Of a stretch of DNA of 64,000 bases, positions 46,210 to 56,061 are shown in pieces (the first letter of the stretch is position 1; each line of letters opens with the position of its first letter). The DNA is taken from NCBI GenBank assembly GCA_036261135.1, contig DATALJ010000108.1:15971-79970 (forward strand), written 5' to 3'. This DNA comes from Bacteroidales bacterium (GTDB lineage: Bacteria > Bacteroidota > Bacteroidia > Bacteroidales > JAAUTT01). The notes below the pieces were generated by a model that was not told the DNA's origin, did not search any database, and was given only the letters and a program-made list of their open reading frames with translations. The position numbers were made by a program, and so were the translations under genes.

Positions 46210-46371
46210 CGTCAAACAGCTTTATTTTTCATTAAATACCGAATAGAATCAAACAAAATTCCCGGTTTTTTGTACTCTTTACAACTTTTGTAACTAACCG
46301 TTTTCATTAGTATCTTAGTAAATGATTAAACTGAAAGTAAGCACGGTTACAAACTTAGTATTCGCTGGAAT

Positions 46372-48165
46372 ATGGACAATCTGAATTATGGAGTAGTAGG
46401 CAACTGCAGAAGTGCAGCGCTTATATCGGACAAAGGTAGTATTGATTGGTTATGTATGCCCGATTTTGACTCACCATCGGTATTTGCTAAAATACTGGAT
46501 AAGGAAAAAGGCGGCAGCTTTAGCTTTGAAGTGGACGATACGTACACAATTAAGCAAAAATACATGCTTCGCACCAATATTTTGTGCACGCAATTTCATT
46601 CACCACAAGGGGCTTTTGAGATTATCGACTTTATGCCTCGCTATAAGACAGACGAAGCAACCTACTTTATTCCCGCTGAATTATACCGTTATATCAGGCT
46701 TATTTCAGGCTGTCCAAAGTTCAGGATTTCGTACAAACCTATGCTGAACTATGCTAGAGACGAGGTTTCGCATGTAGTGCAGGACGATCACGTGCGCACT
46801 TATTCAGTACAAAACCCAACCGATTGTCTTTACTTGTATACAAGCTTCGCATTCGATGAAATACTGGAATCAAAAGAGATTACGCTTACCGAACATCAGT
46901 TTGTGCTGCTTTCATATAACCAAAAGCTTATCGACATAGATATATACCGCGTATATCTTGAGTACCAGCGAACCAAAGTTTACTGGCTCAACTGGACCAA
47001 CCGCTCCAAAAAGTTTGAACAGTACACCGAAGAAATCATCCGTAGTTTGCTTATTTTGAAAGTGATGTCGTACGAGCCATCCGGAGCAATATTGGCAGCC
47101 CTCACAACCAGCATTCCTGAGACGATTGGCGAAGTGCGAAACTGGGATTATCGTTTTTGCTGGCTTCGCGATGCATCTATGTCCATAGATACCTTGGTGC
47201 ATATGGGTCATAAAAAGTCCGCAGAAAGTTTTCTGAGTTATATCAAAGGTATTTTAAAGACCAAACAGGATACCTTCCAGATTATGTATGGTATACGAGG
47301 AGAACGCGATTTAACCGAAGTATTACTGACCCATTTGTCGGGTTATGAGAATTCGCAACCTGTAAGAATTGGGAATGCAGCATACTATCAACGCCAAAAC
47401 GATGTATTTGGCTATTTGATGAATGTTATTCATCAGTATTACGCTTATTTTCCGGGAACGTTGGATGAAATTGAAGATATGTGGGAAATAGTGCGTAATA
47501 TAGCGCGGACTGTTTCCACCCACTGGGAGCAACCTGACAAAGGAATATGGGAAATACGTAAAACCGAACGCCACTTTGTGTTTTCGAAGATAATGAGTTG
47601 GGTAGCCATGGACCGGGCTGCAAAGATTGCCCGAATACTCCATAAAACCTACTACCTGGACACCTGGCAGGATGTTGCCGACGATATAAAGAAAGACATT
47701 CTAACGAATGGCTGGAACGACTCACTCCAAACCTTTACACAGACTTATGGCAGCCTCGATTTGGATGCATCGCTGCTATTAATGGCCGAGTATGGTTTCA
47801 TTGAATCGACCGATGAGAAGTTTCATAAGACGGTTAAAGCGGTTAAAGATGCCTTATTCTATAATGGATTGATGTATCGCTATGTTAATGTGGACGATTT
47901 TGGGAAACCATCGTCATCATTCACCATATGTACATTCTGGCTTATTCAGGCCTTACACCAGATAGGAGAAGTGGAAGAAGCCAAGGAAATCTTCGATCAT
48001 TTGCTCACTTTCGGGAATCACTTGGGGCTTTTCAGCGAAGATATTGACTTTATGTCGGGAAGGTTGTTAGGAAATTTTCCGCAAGCCTACTCTCACCTTG
48101 CATTAATAAATACGGCCCGCCTGTTTTCCAAGGAACGATTTGTTACAAGGTTTAACAAGCCCTAA
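46372..48165 (+). CDS. glycoside hydrolase family 15 protein (glucoamylase/trehalase-related)
   Basis: N-terminus MDNLNYGVVGNCRSAALISDKGSIDWLCMPDFDSPSVFAKILD and the catalytic region RNWDYRFCWLRDAS are typical of bacterial GH15. Confidence 0.85.
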   Translation: MDNLNYGVVGNCRSAALISDKGSIDWLCMPDFDSPSVFAKILDKEKGGSFSFEVDDTYTIKQKYMLRTNILCTQFHSPQGAFEIIDFMPRYKTDEATYFIPAELYRYIRLISGCPKFRISYKPMLNYARDEVSHVVQDDHVRTYSVQNPTDCLYLYTSFAFDEILESKEITLTEHQFVLLSYNQKLIDIDIYRVYLEYQRTKVYWLNWTNRSKKFEQYTEEIIRSLLILKVMSYEPSGAILAALTTSIPETIGEVRNWDYRFCWLRDASMSIDTLVHMGHKKSAESFLSYIKGILKTKQDTFQIMYGIRGERDLTEVLLTHLSGYENSQPVRIGNAAYYQRQNDVFGYLMNVIHQYYAYFPGTLDEIEDMWEIVRNIARTVSTHWEQPDKGIWEIRKTERHFVFSKIMSWVAMDRAAKIARILHKTYYLDTWQDVADDIKKDILTNGWNDSLQTFTQTYGSLDLDASLLLMAEYGFIESTDEKFHKTVKAVKDALFYNGLMYRYVNVDDFGKPSSSFTICTFWLIQALHQIGEVEEAKEIFDHLLTFGNHLGLFSEDIDFMSGRLLGNFPQAYSHLALINTARLFSKERFVTRFNKP

Positions 48166-48174
48166 ATAGACGTG

Positions 48175-49182
48175 CTAAACCTGTGTTGTAATAATATCAA
48201 CTATAGCCGAAGCCCATTCATCCGAATCATTCAGGCTTTTAACCAGTGTTAAATTGCGCCCGCCGTGCTCTATAAACAGTTGCTTATAATCCATTTCAAT
48301 TTCTACAATGGTTTCGAGGCAATCGGCAACAAACGATGGAGCTACAACGAGGATATTGGCGTTTCCTTTTGAAGCCTGCTCTTTAATAAGCTCGTCCGTA
48401 AACGGACTAAGCCAGTTACGCGTCAGGCGTGACTGAAATGCAACTGAAAATTTATGATCAGGAATGTTCAACGTTTTCACCAAGAGCCTTGTAGTTTCGT
48501 AGCAATTTGCTTTGTAGCACCATGTGCCACATTCAGGCATAGACTGTTCACATGAACAACCGTTGCAATTGTTCTCCGGATGTATCTTACGTATCTGGCT
48601 CAAGGGCAATCCATGATACGAGAAAATAATATGATCAAACCATTGCGGATTATACTTTCCAATTTGCGAGGAAAAAGCACTGATAAAAGCAGGATGGCTG
48701 TAAAAACGATCAATCACCCGTATGTCAGGAATAGCTTCCCATTTCTTTACTATTTCAAAAACTTTCTCGGTTACAGAGCCTGTTGTAGAGGATGCATACT
48801 GAGGGAACAAGGGCAATACAATAATTTCATCAGTATTTCGCTTCTTTAATTGCGCCAATCCCTCCTTTAATGAAGGCTCTCCGTACCTCATGCAGGCGTA
48901 AACATCGTATTTTCCTGCAAGTAGTTGGCTCAGCTTATCCTTAAGGCTTAATAAATGCAACAGAAGAGGAGATCCTTCGGGTGTCCAGAGCTTTTTATAG
49001 AGCGCTGTCGACTTCATTACCCGGAACGGGATAATTATCAGGTTTACTAGTATTTTCCGGAAAAGCCAAGGAATATCAATTACTCGCTTATCGTTCAAAA
49101 AAGCAGTAAGGAACTTCCGAACAGCCTTGGGTTCAGGCTTTTCTGGCGTTCCGACATTTACAAGCAATAGCGCTTTTTTCAT
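48175..49182 (-). CDS. hemH: ferrochelatase
   Basis: MKKALLLVNVGTPEKPEPKAVRKFLTAFLNDKRVIDIPW... and ...FSYHGLP are typical HemH signatures. Confidence 0.9.
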   Translation of the reverse strand: MKKALLLVNVGTPEKPEPKAVRKFLTAFLNDKRVIDIPWLFRKILVNLIIIPFRVMKSTALYKKLWTPEGSPLLLHLLSLKDKLSQLLAGKYDVYACMRYGEPSLKEGLAQLKKRNTDEIIVLPLFPQYASSTTGSVTEKVFEIVKKWEAIPDIRVIDRFYSHPAFISAFSSQIGKYNPQWFDHIIFSYHGLPLSQIRKIHPENNCNGCSCEQSMPECGTWCYKANCYETTRLLVKTLNIPDHKFSVAFQSRLTRNWLSPFTDELIKEQASKGNANILVVAPSFVADCLETIVEIEMDYKQLFIEHGGRNLTLVKSLNDSDEWASAIVDIITTQV

Positions 49183-49289
49183 CCCTTTTAATATTTATAT
49201 ATTTAATACCACCGCTTTTATACAATAAAGAAGGTAGGGTTATTTAGTTCTGAATCAACACCATATCGTTTACTACGAAGCTCAGTCCT

Positions 49290-49423
49290 CCTTGGCGAAG
49301 GGGGCCGGGGGGATTGAAGCATTATAATCAACTAAGTTCAATATCTATTTTACCAAAAAAAATAAGAGATAAATAGATATTGTTGTCCAACAAAATCAAT
49401 CCCCCTGCCCCCCTTCGCCAAGG
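49290..49423. repeat. nested inverted repeat (28-nt G/C-run arms around a 12-bp AT-rich inner hairpin)
   Basis: The outer arms CCTTGGCGAAGGGGGCCGGGGGGATTGA (49290-49317) and TCAATCCCCCTGCCCCCCTTCGCCAAGG (49396-49423) are complementary at 26 of 28 positions. The inner hairpin CAATATCTATTT (49339-49350) / AAATAGATATTG (49371-49382) is perfect. Confidence 0.85.
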
Positions 49424-49466
49424 GGGAAACCGACGTACCATGTATCAATATAAGTAAGACCTGATT

Positions 49467-50846
49467 TCAACCCCAATTCATATTAATCAAGCTATCTGCT
49501 ATTTGTACGGCCTGTTTAACCCTGTCGGACATACCAATGCCATTGCGGATATTCCCAGCCAGTATAAGACCTGGAAACCGGCTCTGAATATCTTCGATAG
49601 CCTGAAAACGTTGTCCGCTGCTTAGTTCGTATTGTGGAATAGCGTTTTCGTGCCGGAATATCTTAATCAAATCGGGCTTTTGCTCGCATTGCAAAGTCTC
49701 TTTTAATTCATTAAGAACTATTTGCGTAATTTCTTCATTCGATTTGGTAATAATTTCAGGCTTTTTAATGCCTCCCAAAAACATAGAAAGCAACGCTCCG
49801 CCCTCAGGTGCACGGTTTTCGAAAAGCGACGACGGAAAAAGAATACCCAGGCAGTTTCTTTTCTCCAATGAAGGAACCAGACCACCAAATGCATTCAGGG
49901 GTTTGCCTGTCCATGTTTTATAACCAACCGCTACCTGAACGACTTTCGCGTAATTCAAATTGGTAATCGGCTGCAAATCCTTATCATCTAAAAAGGAGAA
50001 CATTCCAGGCAAACAATTACCGGGAACGGTACTCACTACATATTGGGATTGAAGCTGTATATTCGAACTCTCCTTGTTTGTAAAACTACAAACATAGCCA
50101 TTATCGTCTTTATGCACTTTTATGCCATGGCAATCTGTTATAACGTGCTGCTCTCCTATTCCTGTGTACAAAGCCTGAATTAAATGCTTCAAACCTCCTC
50201 TAGCTGAAAAAACCTCTCGCGTCACTCGTTTTTCCAATGCGGTTTTTGGCAACTTTCTCTTTTTCATCGAGCCTTTTACAAAGCTTCCGTAGTTATTTTC
50301 GAGCGCATACAGCTTAGGCAGGGCAAATCGGGTAACCAACCGGTGCGGATCGCCGGCGTAAACACCAGAGATAAAAGGATCGACTGCGTAATCAAGAAAA
50401 CTACGACCCATACGACGGATAACCATGTCCGCTACTGTTTCGTCAGGGTTTGTGCCCGGTTTGCGAAAAGGCTCGCCCAGAATTCTGAACTTATCTTTCA
50501 TTGTAAATAAGGGCGTTGAAATTGCCGATAGTAACCCGGATGGCAATGCGTTCCATTTCCCATCTTTCCATATCCAGCGGAATTTGGCTTCGGGACCCGG
50601 AGTTTCAACATTCAAGGTACCTTTCAGGCTATCGAATAAAGCAACCAATTCGGGAGAACCTATAACACCAGTATTGGGGCCGGTTTCATATGTAAAGCCA
50701 TTTTCTGTATTTGTGTTAATAACACCTCCAACATGGCTGCTTCTTTCTAATACTTTTACCTCTTTGCCTGCCTTGCGCAGCCAATACGCAAGCGATAATC
50801 CTGTAAGGCCTGCACCAATTATGACTATGTCTGTTTTAGTTTCCAT
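49467..50846 (-). CDS. hemY: protoporphyrinogen/coproporphyrinogen oxidase, FAD-dependent (HemY type)
   Basis: N-terminal FAD fold DIVIIGAGLTGLSLAYWL. 459 aa. C-terminus GLILAGNIRNGIGMSDRV. Confidence 0.8.
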   Translation of the reverse strand: METKTDIVIIGAGLTGLSLAYWLRKAGKEVKVLERSSHVGGVINTNTENGFTYETGPNTGVIGSPELVALFDSLKGTLNVETPGPEAKFRWIWKDGKWNALPSGLLSAISTPLFTMKDKFRILGEPFRKPGTNPDETVADMVIRRMGRSFLDYAVDPFISGVYAGDPHRLVTRFALPKLYALENNYGSFVKGSMKKRKLPKTALEKRVTREVFSARGGLKHLIQALYTGIGEQHVITDCHGIKVHKDDNGYVCSFTNKESSNIQLQSQYVVSTVPGNCLPGMFSFLDDKDLQPITNLNYAKVVQVAVGYKTWTGKPLNAFGGLVPSLEKRNCLGILFPSSLFENRAPEGGALLSMFLGGIKKPEIITKSNEEITQIVLNELKETLQCEQKPDLIKIFRHENAIPQYELSSGQRFQAIEDIQSRFPGLILAGNIRNGIGMSDRVKQAVQIADSLINMNWG

Positions 50847-50847
50847 C

Positions 50848-52227
50848 TTATACCGTTTTTGAATACAGGTTACTCTGCTGCCTGTAAGCCGGATCGAACA
50901 ATGCCGCGATATTCCTTATAAAGAGTTCTCCTGTTTCGGAAACCAGGATCTTTTCATCTGTATATTCCAGAAGCCCATCCTCAATAAAGGGCGTTAACTT
51001 ATCCACTTTAAAGCCAGTGATGACATAAAAAGCCTCTTTTGTTATTTCATGAGCCTTGCAAAACGAATCAATATCAAGATAGTTATTACACATAACCGAT
51101 GTAATCAACTCTTTTATTACTTTCTCGCTTTTACTGAGGATATATCCCTTTTCAATGGGTAATTTATCGGTATCCATCAGCGATATGTAGAGGTCCACCT
51201 CTTTTACATTCTGAATAAAGCCATCCTCTAGCTGACTAATAGCCGAAACGCCGAAAGCATAAACCTGTCCGGTAGTGCGCCGTGTACAGTAACCCTGAAA
51301 GTTACGGTGCAGCAGATTTTGACGCAATGCCAGATTCAATTCGTCATTGGGCAACACATAATGATCCAATCCCACAGGTAAATAACCCGCAGCTTTAAGT
51401 ATTTCCCGGGATGCAAGGAACATATCCATTTTCTCTTCTGCACCCGGCAGACCTTTCTTTGCCAGTATTTCCTGGTGCTTCTTTAGCCAGGGTACATGTG
51501 CGTATGAGAAAGTTACCAAGCGGTCCGGCCTTACCTCTATTGCCTGCGATATAGTTTCAGAGAAGCTTTCGACCGTTTGACCCGGCAAACCATAAATAAA
51601 ATCAAGATTTACGGTGTTTGCACTATTCAACTGCTTGATAAAATGGACCAGTTCAGGAACTGGAATAGCTGAAGGCTCACGGTTTACTGTTTTCAGCACC
51701 GATGTATCAAAATCCTGAATACCCAGGCTGAACCGGTTGAACCCAGCTTTAACCAAATGCTCAATATATTGAAAATCTAAGTATGCAGGATTGCATTCAA
51801 TAGCAATTTCAGGATTTTCAATAAAAGTAAAGTTACGGGCAAATAAATCTACGATTTCTCCGAGATAATGCGCATCAATGGCATTGGGAGTGCCTCCGCC
51901 AAAATGGATTTGAGAAACCTTGCGGTTTTTATCCAGCATTGGTATTACATTTTCGATTTCCTTTTTTAGCGCCTTAATGTAGTTCTCTACTTCAGCGCCT
52001 TTTTTTAAGGCACAGGCATTACAACCACAGTAAAAGCAAATCTTTTTACAAAAAGGAATATGAATGTAAAACCCGATATGAGCGGGTTGTCCGGCATTCG
52101 ACCGTTCTACCATGCTGATATAATCAGCATCTGCCAGCTTATCGTGAAAATAATTTGCAGGTGGATAGCTGGTATAGCGGGGTACCGGATAGTTATATTT
52201 ATCTATTAAAGACTTAGTCAATTTCAT
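50848..52227 (-). CDS. hemN: oxygen-independent coproporphyrinogen III oxidase (radical SAM)
   Basis: 459 aa with the radical-SAM motif YIHIPFCKKICFYCGCN (CxxxCxxC) and HemN-length N- and C-terminal domains. Confidence 0.85.
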   Translation of the reverse strand: MKLTKSLIDKYNYPVPRYTSYPPANYFHDKLADADYISMVERSNAGQPAHIGFYIHIPFCKKICFYCGCNACALKKGAEVENYIKALKKEIENVIPMLDKNRKVSQIHFGGGTPNAIDAHYLGEIVDLFARNFTFIENPEIAIECNPAYLDFQYIEHLVKAGFNRFSLGIQDFDTSVLKTVNREPSAIPVPELVHFIKQLNSANTVNLDFIYGLPGQTVESFSETISQAIEVRPDRLVTFSYAHVPWLKKHQEILAKKGLPGAEEKMDMFLASREILKAAGYLPVGLDHYVLPNDELNLALRQNLLHRNFQGYCTRRTTGQVYAFGVSAISQLEDGFIQNVKEVDLYISLMDTDKLPIEKGYILSKSEKVIKELITSVMCNNYLDIDSFCKAHEITKEAFYVITGFKVDKLTPFIEDGLLEYTDEKILVSETGELFIRNIAALFDPAYRQQSNLYSKTV

Positions 52228-53425
52228 TTTTCGCGAATTTTAAGGGATAATTGTAATATACAAGGCCCAATGTTACTAACCCAAACAGTATCTCGGTTAC
52301 AAACAATCCACTATAGCCAAACTTGTCGCCAAGCCGGCTGCAAATTATGGTCACAAGCAAACTGCTTAAATGCGAGACAACAATCTGTATGGTAAAGTCT
52401 GTACCCTCACTGTTTCTGCGCACTTTGTCCATTGACGACGTGTAAATGATTACTGTAGAGAACCCGTACGCCCCCCACAGCAAGCAAATACCCGTATATA
52501 TTCCCATTAAGGATGGTACTTGCTTCGAAAGGAAGAAAAAGTAAGCCGCTACTGCAATATTTAAGCAGGCAAACAGGTAAAATGATGCTCTGCGGCCAAT
52601 CTTCTTCACTACAAAACCGCCAAGCAACGCACACAAAGCTGCAACCGAAGTACCTACTATACCCGACATAAAACCAATTTGCTTAATGTTATATCCAAGG
52701 TCTACCAGGTAAGGTTTTAGCATAGCCAGAATCCCTATAAGTGCCGAATAATAAAAGATAAGCAATAGCATATGCCGGAAAGTATCCTTGCTGTTGAAGA
52801 ATAGGAATACATCCTTTATTTTTACCTTTTTTTTCGGCTCCTCGCTCGTGTTTAAATCTGGCTTATAAAGTAATACCGGAATTAGCGCAAAAACAACAAA
52901 CGAAGCCAGCACAAATAGCAGGTTTTGCCACCCGAAATAATGGTAAACAACCAATAATACACCGGTTCCAAAAAGGCTGCCAACAAAACTTCCGGCGGAT
53001 TGCATACTGTTACCAAGGCTGCGTTCATTGTGTTTCAACACCTTTATGGCAAATATATCGGTTGCAATATCCTGCGTTGCCGACAATATGAATGCGGCAA
53101 TAATCAGTGTTACAATAAGAACAAAATCTGTCTTGAGATCAAAAAAGCCAATTCCAAGGATAATAGCAGCATAGAACAGCTCCGAAATCACGATCCATTG
53201 GCGTATCTGTCTTCTATTGGCTGTATGGTTATCAACCAAAGGCGCCCATAGGAATTTAATAATCCATGGCAGCTTAACCAATTGCAGCAAACCTATTGAG
53301 CCGAGCGAATAGTTCCCCTGCCGCATAATAACTGGAATCACGGTTGAGAAAAAGCTCATGGGTATAGACTGCGCTATGTACAGACTAAATAAAACAGGAA
53401 ACTTTGGCCAATTCTTTGAATTCAT
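52214..53425 (-). CDS. MFS transporter, AmpG/acetyl-CoA-transporter-like
   Basis: 12-TM protein. The N-terminus ...LLQLVKLPWIIKFLWAPLVD resembles the AmpG signature (xKFLWSPLMD). Its stop overlaps the hemN start by 14 nt. Confidence 0.7.
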   Translation of the reverse strand: MNSKNWPKFPVLFSLYIAQSIPMSFFSTVIPVIMRQGNYSLGSIGLLQLVKLPWIIKFLWAPLVDNHTANRRQIRQWIVISELFYAAIILGIGFFDLKTDFVLIVTLIIAAFILSATQDIATDIFAIKVLKHNERSLGNSMQSAGSFVGSLFGTGVLLVVYHYFGWQNLLFVLASFVVFALIPVLLYKPDLNTSEEPKKKVKIKDVFLFFNSKDTFRHMLLLIFYYSALIGILAMLKPYLVDLGYNIKQIGFMSGIVGTSVAALCALLGGFVVKKIGRRASFYLFACLNIAVAAYFFFLSKQVPSLMGIYTGICLLWGAYGFSTVIIYTSSMDKVRRNSEGTDFTIQIVVSHLSSLLVTIICSRLGDKFGYSGLFVTEILFGLVTLGLVYYNYPLKFAKNEID

Positions 53426-53439
53426 TATTATTTATTTTA

Positions 53440-55539
53440 TTAAAATTTTACCAACACATTTACGCCCAATTGCATAGGCTTTCCTTTTTGAATATAGGTA
53501 TTCCCCAGTGCTTCGAACAAAAATGAATGATAATCGGCATTCAGGAGATTTTTGCCCCAAATATCAAACTGAACATTGCCTTTGATAAATGAGACCTTTG
53601 CACTTAGTGTTCGGTAGGGTGTTTCAATAAGTCTATAGGCCCTTTTATTAAGATTATTTTCCAAATCCCAATACAAAAGTCCATTTTGGTTATATAATAC
53701 ATTCAGCTTAATTTGATCAATAAAAGACGATTTATTAAACAATAAAGTTTGGGTGGCCTGAATTGCCAAGGTGTGGCGAGGTATATATTGTGTAAAGTTG
53801 TTGTTATAATTGGTAACCGCATCTTTTTCATATTTAAGTATTTTAGAATACGTGTATCCATAAGCTACCATCGCTTCGAAACCTCTTACTGGGCTACTTT
53901 TCAAAGTTACTTCAATTCCCTTGTTCTCGGAAACACCGGCATTTTCTAAATATGCGCCCCGCCCACTCAGCGTAGTGCGATAAATCTGCTGGTCTTTCAA
54001 TTTAGTATAAAACAAAGCCAAATCTGCGTAAAGCAAACTGAATAGAGATGCTTTAGCACCCACTTCATAATTATTGCTCTTTTCGTTTTTGAATTTCAAA
54101 TCCTCCGGGCGCTCAAACGTTGTATTGAAGCCTCCTGGTTTGTAACCCCAGGTATACGACGCGTACACCGAAACATGGTTGAATTTATAGTTTAGCGCCA
54201 GTTTGGGTAAAAAGATATGATCTTTCATATCCGGATAAATAGTATCCGTGCGGGGCAGCTCAATATTTGCCTTTGTAGACCTGTATTTATAGTGTAAACC
54301 CGAGGTTTCGTAATCGAATCGAAGTCCTCCTGTAACCGATAAATTATCCGTTACCTTAAACGTGGATTGATGAAAGAAAGCAACTCCCGTCACATCTGCA
54401 TCATATGTCTTCAGATACCACAACTTGATCTTATAGGTATTTACGTCAACATCCGACTCTGAGCCCTGCATAAACCCGAAAGCACCGAATAACCAGCTAT
54501 ATCTGCTATTTCCACGCGACTTGACCATCAATTCATTAGCTACCATTTGCTGGGTTTGAAGTTGTTTTATAAAATACAGTGAATCGGGCGTAAAATCCTG
54601 GTCTATCTTCTGAATATCGTCAATATACTGGTACGAAACGGTATTGGTGAGCTCCCAGTTAGCGGCTGTATACTTAAAATTCAAGGCATCCGAAAACATC
54701 AACCGGTCGTATGAACTGGGCTGGTTATAACTTACATCTCCGTCAGTCTGCGTTTCAACATTATACAAGGCATACGGATAACCACCCTGCTTACTGTTAT
54801 CGATTGATGCTACATTTTCGACGGTAAATTTGCCAGAAGCCTGATAAACAATCTTATTTCTGAAACCAAAAGAATTGAGTTTATCTACCTTCTGATTAAG
54901 AAACTTGTTTTCGTAAAAGCCATCGTTGTGCAAATAGTTGCCAGAAAGCGATACAGCCAGTTTATCGTTCAATTTCATGTAGCCACCGCCACGTAGCCTA
55001 TACGAACCATAGGTAGCAGCAGATACGCTCAAATTGGCACCCTGATAATTCAGAGGCGAACGGGTAACAATGTTTATGAGCCCACCCATGCTGTTACGAC
55101 CATACAATGTACCTTGTGGGCCACGTAGTATTTCAATCCGTTCCAGATCGAAGAAGTCGAATTCGAAGGCAGATTTTTCGAAGTACGGCACATTGTCTAC
55201 ATACAACCCAATTGACGGATTGTTGATGCGCGAACCAATACCACGTATATACACTGGCGAAGTAAGTTTCGATCCGTATTCGGGCATTACAAAATTGGGG
55301 GATAAAGTACCCAACTGGCTTAAAGATGTGATTTCGTTGGCCGTAATAGATTTCATAGGAATTACAGAAACAGATGCGGGTAATTCCTTAAGTTTGGTTT
55401 CGTTTTTTGAGGCGGTGATTACAATTTCGGATAGTTCAACCTGGGTCGACAGGGTGCTGTCGGGCCGGAGAACGAGCGTTTGAGCACTCAGCCCATAACT
55501 ATATAACAGGAGAATGATGGTTAAATATTTATATCTCAT
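53440..55539 (-). CDS. TonB-dependent receptor
   Basis: Signal peptide MRYKYLTIILLLYSYGLSAQ, plug motifs (IEILRGPQGTLYGRNSMGGLINIVT) and a 22-strand-type C-terminus ending in VNVLVKF. Confidence 0.9.
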   Translation of the reverse strand: MRYKYLTIILLLYSYGLSAQTLVLRPDSTLSTQVELSEIVITASKNETKLKELPASVSVIPMKSITANEITSLSQLGTLSPNFVMPEYGSKLTSPVYIRGIGSRINNPSIGLYVDNVPYFEKSAFEFDFFDLERIEILRGPQGTLYGRNSMGGLINIVTRSPLNYQGANLSVSAATYGSYRLRGGGYMKLNDKLAVSLSGNYLHNDGFYENKFLNQKVDKLNSFGFRNKIVYQASGKFTVENVASIDNSKQGGYPYALYNVETQTDGDVSYNQPSSYDRLMFSDALNFKYTAANWELTNTVSYQYIDDIQKIDQDFTPDSLYFIKQLQTQQMVANELMVKSRGNSRYSWLFGAFGFMQGSESDVDVNTYKIKLWYLKTYDADVTGVAFFHQSTFKVTDNLSVTGGLRFDYETSGLHYKYRSTKANIELPRTDTIYPDMKDHIFLPKLALNYKFNHVSVYASYTWGYKPGGFNTTFERPEDLKFKNEKSNNYEVGAKASLFSLLYADLALFYTKLKDQQIYRTTLSGRGAYLENAGVSENKGIEVTLKSSPVRGFEAMVAYGYTYSKILKYEKDAVTNYNNNFTQYIPRHTLAIQATQTLLFNKSSFIDQIKLNVLYNQNGLLYWDLENNLNKRAYRLIETPYRTLSAKVSFIKGNVQFDIWGKNLLNADYHSFLFEALGNTYIQKGKPMQLGVNVLVKF

Positions 55540-55613
55540 GCGATTAATTTATGTAAAAATGAAATACAAAGCATCCCTTTTCACAAAGGAGCTTGAAAAT
55601 TTAAATAAATCGA

Positions 55614-55967
55614 TTAGGAAAATGAGACTGGCGGTGGGTTAGGAAACAGCTTGAAAAACAAGCACTGCGTTACAAGCTTGAAATCTCTTATTTCGTAATT
55701 GGGAACAACGGCTACATGTACTATGGGTAAAGCCTTTTCCTCTTGTTTGATGAGTAAAAAATCAGTATAAAACGCGTTTCTATGGCAGGCAGCCCTCTCA
55801 ACTTTAATATCGTTAACGCTTATCGACTTTACCTCGCATGTATTGGGATTGAAACCTTCGAAACCGGGATTAAGTTTTACAAATGCAAATGTAATCAGGT
55901 ATATCGAATAAAATATACCGATTATAATATAAGGCAGATGCGTAGAAAATAGCCCGAAAAAGAACAT
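55614..55967 (-). CDS. hypothetical membrane-anchored protein (117 aa)
   Basis: The start was moved to MFFFGLFSTHLPYIIIGIFYSIYLITFAFV because a -7 box lies inside the longer ORF (which runs to 56024). One N-terminal TM segment. No family recognised. Confidence 0.35.
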   Translation of the reverse strand: MFFFGLFSTHLPYIIIGIFYSIYLITFAFVKLNPGFEGFNPNTCEVKSISVNDIKVERAACHRNAFYTDFLLIKQEEKALPIVHVAVVPNYEIRDFKLVTQCLFFKLFPNPPPVSFS

Positions 55968-55981
55968 TTTTGCATTTTTGC

Positions 55982-55989
55982 CAAATATA
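55982..55989 (-). promoter_or_regulatory. candidate Bacteroides-type -7 box TATATTTG (minus strand)
   Basis: The plus strand reads CAAATATA. It lies 14 nt upstream of the ATG at 55967 and would drive the hyp-TBDR-MFS-hemN-hemY cluster. Confidence 0.4.
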
Positions 55990-56061
55990 TAAATACTTCC
56001 CTTTGAAAAGTGATTTTTTTGCAAAAAAACAAAAAAAAACTGGCAAAAAAGTTCTATTCCC

